Source of the DNA: Squalus acanthias
Taxonomy: Eukaryota
NCBI GenBank assembly: GCA_030390025.1
Contig: CM059432.1
Location: 69,628,001 to 69,692,000 of the forward strand
Direction of reading: 5' to 3'
DNA: 64,000 nt
A program made the position numbers and the translations under genes. This document shows, in pieces, positions 50,755 to 62,601 of the stretch (position 1 is its first letter; every line of letters begins with the position of its first letter). Under the pieces are notes generated by a model, which saw only the letters and a program-made list of their open reading frames with translations, was not told the origin of the DNA and did not search any database.

Positions 50755-50960
50755 ATTCGAAGATGAGCAGGGGAGTTCTTCTGGTGTCCTGGCCAATATT
50801 CATTCCTCAACCAACATCACTAAAACAGATTATCTGGCCATTATCTCATTGCTGTTTGTGGGAGCTTGCTGTGCACAATTTGACTGCCGCATTTCCTATA
50901 TTACTACAGTGACTACACTTCAATACTACTTCATTGGCTGTAATGTGCTTTGGATGTCCA
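50755..50960 (+). mobile_element. DeuSINE-like (SacSINE1/AmnSINE1-type) fragment
   Basis: ggtgtcctggccaatatt..aaaacagattatctgg..tgtttgtgggagcttgctgtg..acagtgactacacttcaa resembles, from recall, the Deu-domain SINE core. Confidence 0.6.
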
Positions 50961-51377
50961 TCGGTCAATCTGGCCGGCTGCTGGGTGGGAAATGGAGTAA
51001 AGAATGATAATGAGATCCTACCATTAAATACAACAAGACCTCCACGTTCCCGGCATTTCCAGGTTTTACCCCCGCAAACACGGATTCCCGTTCCCTCCCC
51101 GCTCCCTGTAAATATCGGGATCTGCATTTCTACCTGGAAGGATATGTTGGGGTAGAAATACCACTTCTGTAGTCATCAGCCCACAACTTTCCCTCCATTT
51201 ATGTGAATTGATAAAAAAAAATCACAGCTGGTAAACACAGAAATGGAATTTCTACCCCATTGTTTAATAGTCCACAGCTCTCCATTGGTAGAATGTTGGA
51301 AAAGCGATTTTATATTATTAAATACAGGACTAATTTTGTATGCAAATAATTCTGCAAAATGTAAACTTTTCTTGCAG

Positions 51378-51516
51378 GTATTGATGAAACAAGAAAATAG
51401 TGGACAGATTTTGAAATTTAATGCAGGAAGGTGGTTATCAAGACAGCACGACGATGGAGAAATTGTGCGAGAAATTCCTCTTGCAAGAGAACATGATGGG
51501 AAGCCAGTCTATCCAG
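51378..51516 (+). CDS. RP1: Host gene exon, PLAT domain C-terminal part
   Basis: ttttcttgcag|..|gtatgg, phase 0/1. Encodes VLMKQENSGQILKFNAGRWLSRQHDDGEIVREIPLAREHDGKPVYP (F...RWL....DG.I.RE PLAT motif). Confidence 0.85.
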
Positions 51517-51865
51517 GTATGGAAATTCCAATCTAAAAAGGGCAAGCTGCTAAACAGCCATCAGTGGTACCCGAGCCAGGGTAATTAATGAAAATACCAG
51601 TTGTTTGAGAATTACAACAAATTGCACACAACAGACGAGATTTCAAGCTCCTAACCATAACAGATTTTAATTCCCACTGCATGGGATCACAGACAAATGT
51701 GCAATTATTATATGCCTTATTATTATATGCATATTATGCATATTATATATATATTATTATATGTATTTATTACATGCCTGTAACTAGCCAGCTACTGAAT
51801 AGTATCAAACCTTAATCGGCCTCCTCTCTTTGTATCATCATTATTCTTTTCAGTGGTACCATGAA

Positions 51866-54800
51866 GGGCTGAATTTTAACATGGTGGAGCAGGTGGGTTT
51901 GGGCACAAAACCAGGGAAATTGACCGTGTCAGAAAGCCGGCTCCAACCCACCGACTTCTAGGTTTCACTCCAGTTCGTTAGGCTGCATGCGCGCAACCAC
52001 CTTGGGAGAGGCGGGTTGTCTATTAACATATGTTAATCACTCAATTAGAGTGATATTGACACAGATGTTTGTCTTTAACATCGGGTTTCCCGGGCTTGCT
52101 GAAACTCGCCAGTGAAAGCAAGGCGAGTACACAGCGGCAATCGAGGGGGCTGATTCAATCTCAGAGAAATGTGACAATAAATACTTAGTACTCACAGCTG
52201 CTTTCTTACCTGCTAGTGGGAAAGGGTGTTCACAGTACTTTTGCTGAGAGTTGACTTTCTATACTTTGGAGGTTTTTTTCCACACTTTGGAGGTTTGATC
52301 TATTACATCAGGATAGGTGCTGCTTATGGTGCCTTAGACTGGACCTCAGATGAGGCGCAACATGACCAGCACCAGCAGCAGCACCAGCAGCCTGCTGGTC
52401 ACAGACCTGTAGCTGCACACCAGAGAGGGCAGCAGCAGAAAGGGGAGCAGCAGAGAGGTACAGCTCGCAGGAGGCACTACCCGCGAAACAGGGTGTACAG
52501 GCAGAGGCTGAGTTTCCTTGACATGTCTGGACAGCAGTGTCTCAGGATGTCATGTCAGGTGGTGGCAGACATCTGCAGCCTCCAAGAAGAAGACCTGCTG
52601 CCTGCTGGACTTGGTGGCCACACGTTACCGGTGAATGTCAAAGTCATCACCACCCTTAACTTTTTTGCCTCCAGAACCTTCCACGGCTCTGCTGCAGACA
52701 AATCCAGGATCTCCCATTCAGCAGCTCACAAATGCATAAGACAGGTGACTGATGGTTTGCTTGCCAGGGCCGGCAATTATGTCAGCTGCACCTGTGATGA
52801 TGTCAGTCACAATGAGCGAGCTCTTGGATTTGTGTCTCAGGCTGGCTTCCCACAGGTGCAGGGCGTCATCGACTGCACACACGTGGCATCCCCAGAACAA
52901 CCAGAAGTATTCGTCAACCGCAAGGGCTTCCACTCCATCAATCTGCAGCTGGTGTGCAACTACAAAAAGATCTTTGTGCAGGTGTGCGCAAGATTCCCGG
53001 GCAGCTGCCTTGATGCTTTTGTCCGGCAGCAGTCCAAGCTCCCTGATGTCTTCGGACCTGCAAGCAGACTTAAGAGCTGGCTGCTGCACAACGGTACACT
53101 TGGCTCATGACACCCATCAGAAACCCGACCACCGAAGCCCAGCAGTGCTGCAATGAATGCCATATCACCAGATGATGTGTAATTGAGCAGACCATCGGCA
53201 TGCTGAAGATGCACTTCAGGTGCGTAGACAGATCTGGAGGCACCTTTCATTACGCACCAGCCAGGGTCTCCAGAATGGTCGTGGTTTGCTGCGCTGTGCA
53301 CAACATTGCACAGCAACGAGGCTTGGACCTGCAGGAGGAAGAATGCGAAGAGCTCAGATCTTGCTCGGACGATTCGGAGGGGGAGGAGGAAGAAGAGGAG
53401 GAGGAGGAGGGTGGTGAGGACAATGCATCCCCAGCTGCTCACATTGCAGCCCGGCATGCCAAGGAAGCCCTTATTAATGCAAGATTTACCTAGTTTGCAC
53501 CAGTGCACCCATGTCAGCAGGAAACGCAATGGCCACTATTCTCCCCCTGCCCGTCCACCCCCCCTGCCCCCTGCCACCAGGCCACTGATACAAACCAATC
53601 CTTCAACCAACCAACCACCCCTTGAACATCCCCTCATTGGTCCCCATCAATTCATGTCTTCCTGTTCATCATCAAACAAGTTAAAGGGCCCCTTACCACC
53701 CAGCACCCAAGAATGGACAAGATGGAAAAATGGTGAAAAACAATAACATTTATGTGAACTAAATAAACAACAGAAACTTATCAACACAACATTTTCAAAG
53801 ATCACCATGTGCATACCCTTGTGCAACTACAAAGCCTTACTCTTCCTCTTTTTGCTACTCCTGCATGGTGCAACCTCTGTGGCTTCAGCAGAAGTAGAGG
53901 CAGGCTGCTCAGATCCCTGCTCTGACTGCTGAGATGCTCTTTCTCGACATCGTCTGGGTTTTGGGGTTCCTAAGGGCCCCACCAAAGACACCACAATTGT
54001 CAGGGGGAGATCATGTCTAACCAATTTGACTGAATTTTTCGAGGGGGTGACTAGGTGTGTGGATGAGGGTAGTGCAGTTGATGTAGTCTACATGGACTTC
54101 AGTAAGGCTTTTGACAAAGTCCCGCATGGGAGACTGGTCAAGAAGGTAAGAGCCCATGGGATCCAGGGTAATTTGGCACATTGGATCCAAAATTGGCTTA
54201 GTGGCAGGAGGCAGAGGGTGATGGTCGAAGGTTGTTTTTGTGACTGGAAGCCTGTATCCAGTGATGTACCGCAGGGATCGGTGCTGGGTCCTTTGCTGTT
54301 TGTAGTGTACATTAATGATTTAGATATGAATGTAGGAGGTATGATCAGTAGGTTCGCAGATGACACGAATATTGGTGAAGTGGTAAATAGCGAGGAGGGA
54401 AGCCTCAGGCTACAGGACGATATAGACGGGTTGGTCAGATGGCCAGAACAGTGGCAAATGGAATTTAACCCTGAAAAGTGTGAGGTGATGCATTTTGGAA
54501 GGACTAACAAGGCAAGGGAATACACAATGAATGGTAGGATCCTAGGAAGGACAGAGGATCAGAGAGACCTTGGTGTGCATGTTCATAGATCCCTGAAGGC
54601 AGCAGGACAGGTAGATAAGGTGGTTAAGAAGGCATATGGAATACTTGCCTTCATTAGCCGAGACATAGAATATAAGAGCAGGGAGGTTATGATGGAGCTG
54701 TACAAAACGCTAGTTAGGCCACAGCTGGAATACTGTGTGCAGTTCTGGTCGCCATACTATAGGAAGGATGTGATTGCATTGGAGAAGGTGCAGAGGAGAT

Positions 54801-57203
54801 TCACCAGGATGTTACCTGGGCTGGAGCGCTTCAGCTATGAAAAGAGACTGGACAGGCTGGGGTTGTTTTCCTTAGAGCAGAGAAGGCTGAGGGGGGACCT
54901 GATTGAGGTGTACAAAATTATGAGGGACATAGATAGGGTAGATAGAAAGGAACTTTTCCCCTTAGTAGAGGGGTCAATAACCAGGGGGCATAGTTTCAAG
55001 GTAAGGGGCAGGAGGTTTAGAGGGGATTTGAGGAAAAACTTTTTCACCCAGAGGGTGGTTGGAATTTGGAACTCACTGCCTGAAAGGGTGGTAGAGGCAG
55101 GAACCCTCACAACATTCAAGAAGCATTTAGATGAGCACTTGAAATGCCATAGCATACAAGGCTACGGACCAATTGCTGGAAAATGGGATTAGAATAGATA
55201 GGGCTTGATGGCCGGCGCGGACACAATGGGCCGAAGGGCCTCTTTCTGTGCTGTATAAATCTAGGACTCTATCTAGGACTCTATCTAGGACTCTATCTAG
55301 GACTCTATGCTCCACTTGGCCATTGGGAGACGAAGGAGCATGTGGGCTGCAGACTGAATGATGGACTGTGGGTGAGAAGTGAAAGCGCCTTGAGTGGAGT
55401 CCCCACTTCCATGACCCCTTTTGCCATCATCCCTCTCATGGCCCAGCTGCACTTGGCTGCTACCACTGTGCTGGAGAACACTTTGGTGTAGATCAGTGTG
55501 GCTCTGTAAGGCCAGGCTAAGGTATGTGTCAACTTATTTAAGGTGACAGACATGTTGGCATCCAGAGTCTGCACGGTGATGGTCAAGATGTGCAATGACT
55601 CATTTGATTGGAGCGTTTGATGTTCCACGGCGCTGGCCACTCTAGCCATGGAAAAACACATCATCTCATTAGCCTGCGACATCAACCCACTCATGTTTGA
55701 GGTGTACTCCTCCATTCTCTCTGCAATCATGGTCAGTCTACTTTGAAGGCCTGTCACAGCATCACATGTTGTCTGTTGCTCAATGATTCTCCTTTTCATC
55801 GATGGCCTTCGGGGTACAGCATCTGTGTCCAGCTAAGCAGAGCTTGAAGAGGGCTGTGCCCTCCGATGCGGACTATTCACTGCTGTCCCTGTCTCCACCA
55901 TCTGCTCTTGCTCACTTGTGAAGTGCGAGTCACCAGGTGAAAACCCAACTATCTGCCTTACTGGTCCACTGAAATGTGAGTATCTAAGCTGATGCATGGT
56001 CTGCATGAGCCCTGTGACGGTGCACCCTCAGAAGGACTCAGCTCCTCTGAGGATTCGTTGTTGGCCCCCGCCACCGACTTCTGCTGCATGCATGAAGGCC
56101 CTGTCGGAGATAAAATACATGAATTAGTCCTGGCAAGGTAACAATATGTTGCAAGTTATTATGAAGATGATCATATTTCATTCGCTGTTGAAATCAAGTC
56201 AACATGACTGAGTGCCGTATGACATGTGGGTGGCCTTTATTTAATTGTAACACCAGGTTGCTGGGAGGTCCCCGACTCCCCATCTCCGACAGCCAGGAAT
56301 GCTGAAACTCCACTGATTTCCAGTGCCTCCTCCGCTGCAGTTGTTAGCTGTGATATCTGTGGAGATCCCCCTCCAGCTCTCCCCCTCTCCCTAGTGTTCT
56401 GTGCTCTCTTCTACAAGGAGGGAAAGAACAGACCTATGAGTGAGTGTAATGGCATGTGTTCATTTGATGGATGGAGCACATTTGGTGAGGGAGAGGCATG
56501 AAATTGCATACGGATGAGGGTGAGTGGCATGGGGGATGGATAGTTGGGGATGTGAGGCAGTGCATAAAAAGAGAAGGGTGGGTGGATGGGCGTGTAAGGT
56601 AAGTGGGTGTGAGGAGTGATGTGATGGAATAGGCTTGAGAAGATAGAGTGGCAGTGGGGTGGGGTGGTGGGGAGTGTTGTGCACAGCAGGATGTAGGTGA
56701 GTGTGCAACTATACTCACCTTTCCTGACCTGGTTAGGTCATTAAATCGCTTCCTACACTGAATCCAGGAGCATGGCACCACGCTCCTTCTGCTGACCTGC
56801 TCTGCAAACTCCAACTACATCTTCTTTGTTTCAGCTGCAGGCTTCTTCCTCCCAATGCTAGGGAAGAGTATCTCTCTCCCACTTCTCACAGACCCCAGCA
56901 ACACATCAAGGGAGGCATCAGTGAAGCGGGGGCACCATGCTACTCCATTGTAATACTTACACTTCTCTTCCTGCCAATTCCAACTTCTTCAACTTGCATC
57001 TTTGGATTATCACTTTAAATACTGGAGTTGAGATTATGTCATGGGGGTCCACATCACGCTGGCTGCTGCTGATTGGAAACCCAGAAGTAAAATTATTATG
57101 AGGTGGCTGCGTTAAAAAGCCACTGACAGACGCACTGAACTTACTTCTGGGTTTCCCGCGCGATAATCGGATTCCAGCGTGTCTCCCAATTAATATTGGG
57201 GTC
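51866..57203. mobile_element. Harbinger family B element (transposase + ~52310-53493; Myb-like gene - ~56940-53827), termini approximate
   Basis: Transposase motifs GFPQVQGVIDCTHV and NRKGFHSINLQ, and Myb motif WIQCRKRFNDL (ORF 56434..56814). It is interrupted by a CR1. Confidence 0.85.
53997..55308 (+). mobile_element. Young 5'-truncated CR1 LINE with uninterrupted 388-aa RT/C-terminal ORF and 12-bp tandem tail
   Basis: ORF 54026..55192 has YMDFSKAFDKVPH, VPQGSVLGP and FADDT. The tail is (atctaggactct)x4. Confidence 0.93.
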
Positions 57204-58149
57204 GATGATTCCAAACTGTATTTGCGTACAATAAAAGTACCAAATAAGCTTAGAGAAGGAGAATTATTTGAATTTAACCATCAGGAAATGTTAACTGACG
57301 CCAAGTGCAACAGCAAGTGGATGCAAAGTTCCAATTTTAACTTGGGGCGAGCCTCTGACTTGCCCCGGCTCCACAACATGAAGCCAGGCCATTTTAACTC
57401 CAGGGTCTTATTTAAATATAAAGGGCCTAACTGCTCCCCCCCGAACCCGACGTCAATGATGCGAAGCTGAGGGTGGCAAGAGGCCACTGCTGGAGACTCA
57501 CAGGAACAGTCCCTGGTGCGAAGGTAAGTTGATTAGGAGGGGGATGAAGGCGAGTGGGAGGGGAGGAGAAACTCAGGAAGGGGAGGTCCTGGGACCACAA
57601 GGAAACACGGAAAAAAAATAAACTCACCTTCTCCGACCTCTTCTGGGCCTGCTGCTCCTTGGCACCATTCTCTAGCAAGGCCAGCACCTCACTGAGAATT
57701 AGTTAAAATGGCATCGCGGTCTGAATGAAGTCATCAGACCCCGATTTTTGCCTTTCAATGATGACCTCGCTTTCTGCCCAAGAAGTGCCTGTTAAAATGG
57801 CGCAGAAGGCGAGTGTGGCATGGACAAGGTGACTGTCACACTACTGATGGTTTAACCCCTTGCACACCCCATTATCATCAGGCACAGGGGTTAAAATTGG
57901 GGCTTTAGATTCTACACGGTAGGAACTGAAGGTGGAAGGCTTTTCAGGAGAAACCAGAAAAAACAGTAGGAAACAGAACCATCATTTTTGGAGAGACCCG
58001 GGAGTCCAGTTGCAGGTGGAGCTACCTAGCCAGTCCACAGTAAACAAATCACAGTCATAGCAACAGAGTACCACAGAATAAAACATTAAGCCAGCACAAT
58101 AACTGGAACCTCTGAGGGAAAAGCCAAGTTTAAAAGCGTTTGCTGCCTA

Positions 58150-58700
58150 GTCATTCGACTGTGAGCTTGTGATCTTATAGAAATTGTGCTGGCACAGTGG
58201 ACTGCTGCAAAATGAAGGCATTGTCATTGCTGCTGGGGTACCACACATTCACTGAATTAATCTGATCCTGTGGTCCGATACGGTCTGTGCACTGATGGAA
58301 TGAAAGGCTTGCCTAATTCATATGTGCCACCGGATTATTCTTAAGGGGCTTTGATTGCTACATGTGTGCCATCAATGAGGCTTTACCACCTGGTTAAAAG
58401 GCTACACTCTCTCATACTGTTGCATCCTTTGGGTGCACTCAACACAGCCTTAGCACTCTTTCTCACACCAAAGAACTTCTTTTTGATTTGTTTCCATGAC
58501 CAATGAACATAGGAGAATATATTAACATGAGTGACTACCTCCTGCCATGCTCACTGCATTGGCTCATATGGAAGAGTTTCCCTTGGCCCAAAAAAATGGC
58601 CACTTTCTTGTGCTGCACCTTTTCCAGTAGCTTATCCAGGCTTTCTTTGGTGAAGGGGCAGTCCTACCACTTGCTCCTGTAATGATCTTTCTGCCAGAGA
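58150..58700 (-). pseudogene. Very degraded HARBI1-like transposase remnant
   Basis: The minus strand near 58345-58381 reads gcctcattgatggcacacatgtagcaatcaaagcccc, which is LIDGTHVAIKAP. Confidence 0.55.
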
Positions 58701-59445
58701 GTCAGGATCTAAGAAAAAGTAACCTTTAAATTCTGCTGGATTCCCCTGTTACCATAGTATCGCCCTACACTCTGGGAAATACACAGGAACGGTGTCTAAA
58801 ATATTTAAGTTAGATGACCTCACTGAATTCAGCAAGGTCTGCATGACATTCTGCAAGCATAAGGACGCAAGTAAGCGCTGTAATTACAGCTGCTTTTACC
58901 CTACAGCCGGGGAAATTAGCCATTCAGTGATGTCCAGTTTTACAAAAGGAAGGTACAGCCTTTTATTCCTCAGGTGAAATTTTCAGCTGGTCTTGCACAA
59001 ATTCGTAGTGAACCTATGAGTTCTTTGAAACTCAGGTTTCTTTTAGTCAGAGCTTTACTACCTTAATCTCAGCACAGAGGATGAGTGAACTATATTCATT
59101 GACAAAAACTTTCCTAATCTTCTTTGACAGAAAATTACATCTGAACTTCATTTGCCTCAGGAAATCTCAATACTAAAGTTTTTTTTTCACCCCCTCATGC
59201 TTGAAATAGGGAAATTTCTAATTCAGTAGGAAGTAGAGGGATTGGTTCCAGTTGGGAAAAATTCTTTCCCAGAGCTTGATGAAAGGTGCACTAGTCAGAT
59301 TGAATAGCCTTTGCTATTTTATGTTTTAGGTACAAAATTTTACTTAATTAGTTTATGCTTTCTGATCTGCCATTCATTAAGTTCAGTTTCTATTAATACT
59401 ACAATAATTGTAATTGGCTTTACATTCTTGTGGTGCATTTGACAG

Positions 59446-59597
59446 TGGTGAAATACCAAGTACGTATCCACACTGGGCATTTGGAAGAAGCTGATTCTTA
59501 TCTTCCCATCTACATCTGTATCTATGGGGATAGAGGAGACACTGGACTGCGTTATCTATACAAATTTGACAAATCTGCCCAGTTAAAAGAGAGACAG
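59446..59597 (+). CDS. RP1: Host gene exon, start of next PLAT domain
   Basis: ttgacag|..|gtaagc, phase 1/0, in frame with the previous exon. Encodes VVKYQVRIHTGHLEEADSYLPIYICIYGDRGDTGLRYLYKFDKSAQLKERQ. It is not in the ORF track. Confidence 0.85.
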
Positions 59598-61264
59598 GTA
59601 AGCTTGTGAGCAGAAGCTATGGACTGTATTTTTTTTTGAAAAATAGGTTAAATGTTTTTTTTCCATATATTTAGTGACCAACGAGCCAAATGACAGTGGA
59701 TGCACATGACTTAGCTATGGGTGATTTTGTGAAGCACAATTTTGGAATGGCAGAAAAGATATCAATTATGATACACCTCTAATAATCACCCTTTAGTGGT
59801 TTTCAAAGGAGCTAACAAGTCGCTTAAGTGGTATTGAACATAAAATATCCAGCTGTGGAGTACACAAAACATTTAAGAGGTGGCTCAGGAGCAAATTTGT
59901 TCAGACCATTTTACTGATTGAGCCATGAAAGTCCTTGGTGACTGTGAATGGAGAACTGGGAGGACTCTTTCGGTCTGGGAGAATGGCTTACAAGCGTGCG
60001 CCAGAGGAAAGCTGTGTGATCATACATCATAGATCAAGCAAACTTGTGCTAGCGAGAGATCCAGGAGAATTTTACCACCTTTGGAAAAAGAGCATCAGCA
60101 TAGGAAGAAAATTACTGTAGAGTAAAGGTCAGATAGAAAGATGAAGCTAGCTGGTAGTTATGGATATATGGAAAAGAACTGTTTTCACACAAAGCTGTTT
60201 AGCAAGGTACATAATACAAGTGAAGCTAGCAAGCTAATACAGATTACTTTCTAAATGCCATCAATGCAAAACAGATGAACTGGAAAAGAGAATTTGCATC
60301 GGACACGTTACCAATTCCCCAAGTTTCATGTCTGGTTATGTAGGTAAAGCAGTAAACTAGCGTAACCTGTGCATGTGGTGAAGGAAGTTTCAAGTGGTAC
60401 TTCTGGAATTTTCCACCAGAAGTAGCATTTGAGTTGTACAACACCTCTGCCCAAATATGAGGACGAATATTTTAATAAGAGACTAATGACAGGAATACGT
60501 CATATGACATATTTCCTAACATTTGTCCCTCGAAATGCTGGGCATATATGACACCTCTGGACCCCTGGTGTCCAGCATTGCTATGGGCATTAAATTTGAA
60601 ATAGACAGTTTTCCTGCCAAATTTCACACCACCTCCACCCCACCTCAGGCAGGCTCCTTAGTGACACCATAAATAATCCCGGTATCCGCGCAAAATATTT
60701 AAATTTCCCCGACCCCGAAATATCGGAGGCAATTTTAATCCTACCCACCTGGTGGAAACTGGGTGAGTGGGCAGTTAAAATCGCCCAGGTTATTTTCCCG
60801 TCTTGGAGGTACCAGGAAATAACCGACTGTTCCCAGTTCTAATGTATTCTACTGAGCAGTTGGGAAGGCCACCAACCCAAAGCCGACAGAATGCTTTTGT
60901 ACATACGCATATCGGGTCCCAATTACTTCACTGGGACCAATATTCCCTTTAAGCTGCGCGGCCGCACTGCCGCTTGGCGCTCTGCAGCTCCCGCGCAGCC
61001 GGCTCACCAGTTTTTAAATAGGAAAAACTGCACACGCGCAGTATTGTAAATGGGCCACGCTGCCCCTTAAAGGCGTCACTCACCCCAAAAAAAATTAAAG
61101 GGAACATTGATTGGGACCCCACTGCAATTTTAACTGGATGGCCTGAGTGGCAAGCCGCAGTGGCTTTACAGCCAGGTGAAGAGAGCGGGGTAGAGTAATA
61201 AGGCCAGAAGAGACCATAATAGGTAACTTTTTTCTTACTTTACTTGCGGAGGTAGGAGGAGCCT

Positions 61265-61465
61265 AGAATCATACAGCACAGAGGAGGCCATTTGGCCCAT
61301 TGTGCCTGTGCTGGCCTTTTGAAAGAGCTATCCAATTAGTCCCACTCCCCTGCTCTTTCCCCATAGCTCTACGAACTTTTCCTTTTCAGGTATGTATCCA
61401 ATTCCCTTTTGAAAGTTACTATTGAATCTGCTTCCTCCACCCTTTCAAGCAGTGCATTCCAGATC
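61265..61465 (-). mobile_element. CR1 3' end fragment
   Basis: IWNALLERVEEADSIVTFKRELD and a 3' UTR like that at 49200-49290. Confidence 0.8.
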
Positions 61466-61883
61466 AAAACAAGTAAAAAAAAGCAATAGTGTTCCGCCAG
61501 GCCCCACAATGAAAGCTTAGGTCTCCCCTGCCACAGACCCTCCCCCGCCCTTCCCAATCGCAAGTCCCTTGTGAGATGGCAGCGGCAGCTGATTTTGCTA
61601 CCTACCTGTGTTGGCCACGTGATGATAAAGTATCTTTGCGTGATACTGTGTTAATGCCAATACAGTACTCAAATAGATAAGTGTGTTTGTTTACTCAGAT
61701 TTTCGTCTTCAGCGCCCAGGTGTAACAGTTTGGCCCACTGGGGAGTTCCTGTCGCAAATTTGGGCACAAGATGCTCATGATTTTCCAGCTATTAAAATTA
61801 ATAGGCAGAAATTTATGAACAGCTTCTGTCTGAATTTGCAATAGGCACTCCAGGCAGATGCTTAGTTGAAAATCTGGGTCTTA

Positions 61884-62557
61884 GGGGGAAAAATTCGGTG
61901 GCGCCCCCTTTGGGGCGCTAACATTGCCGTGACATTGATTTTAGCGCCCTGAAAAAGTTAGCACCCCTGCGCTGTAAATTCAGTAGTAGCACCCCAAGCA
62001 GGAGGCGGGGTGCTACTGGAAAGCGCTCCCCCTCCTTCTTGAGGCGCTACCAGTGAATTTCACGACACTACATTCAACAGTGCCATGCGGCGGCACCTAG
62101 CACAGCGTCATTGTACGCACGGGGGCCCTGCTAGACCACCGGGGAGCGGTGTACTGAGAAAACAGTCCGGCACTCAAGAGGAGTGCCGGGCTGAGCGGCA
62201 CCCGGCGTAAGAAGGAGCAGGTGCTGGCAGTCGGCCAAAAGACAAATGGCCGCCCGGTACCTGCCCTTTAATTTGCTCCACCACTGCTGCCAAAACGCCC
62301 CCTGAACCAGTCAGACATATCATCCGGCGATAGGTCAGGGGGCACAAGGGAAGTTTGCGGCCGGGGCGCTGCGCACGGCGATGATGTCATCGCCAGCGGT
62401 GCAGCGCCGCGGGGTACTACTGGCTGCCGCCGCCGCTAACCTCCCACTGAAATTCGCGGGAGGCGTTAGCGGCGCCACACCCGAGCGCTAGGGGCTTTGC
62501 GCCCCGCTAGTGCCCGGGGCGCTAACAGGAGGCGCAATGCAACCCAACTTTTCCCCC
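61884..62557. mobile_element. GC-rich MITE with family A-like Harbinger termini
   Basis: Termini gggggaaaaatt / aacttttccccc with TSD TTA and many subterminal gcgcta motifs. Confidence 0.85.
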
Positions 62558-62601
62558 TTAATGTCTTATCTGTCCTTTTCACAGAGCAAGGAGAAGAAAG
62601 T

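Noticed and set aside
51715..51775. AT-rich tattatatgca-like repeats
   Set aside because: Ordinary low-complexity microsatellite decay.
55255..55308. Short direct repeats as a CRISPR-like array
   Set aside because: There are no spacers, and this is a LINE tail in eukaryotic DNA.
62561..62601. Strong-looking splice acceptor (tgtccttttcacag) as the next PLAT exon
   Set aside because: The following bases do not encode the expected PLAT continuation and run into a transposon after 17 nt.
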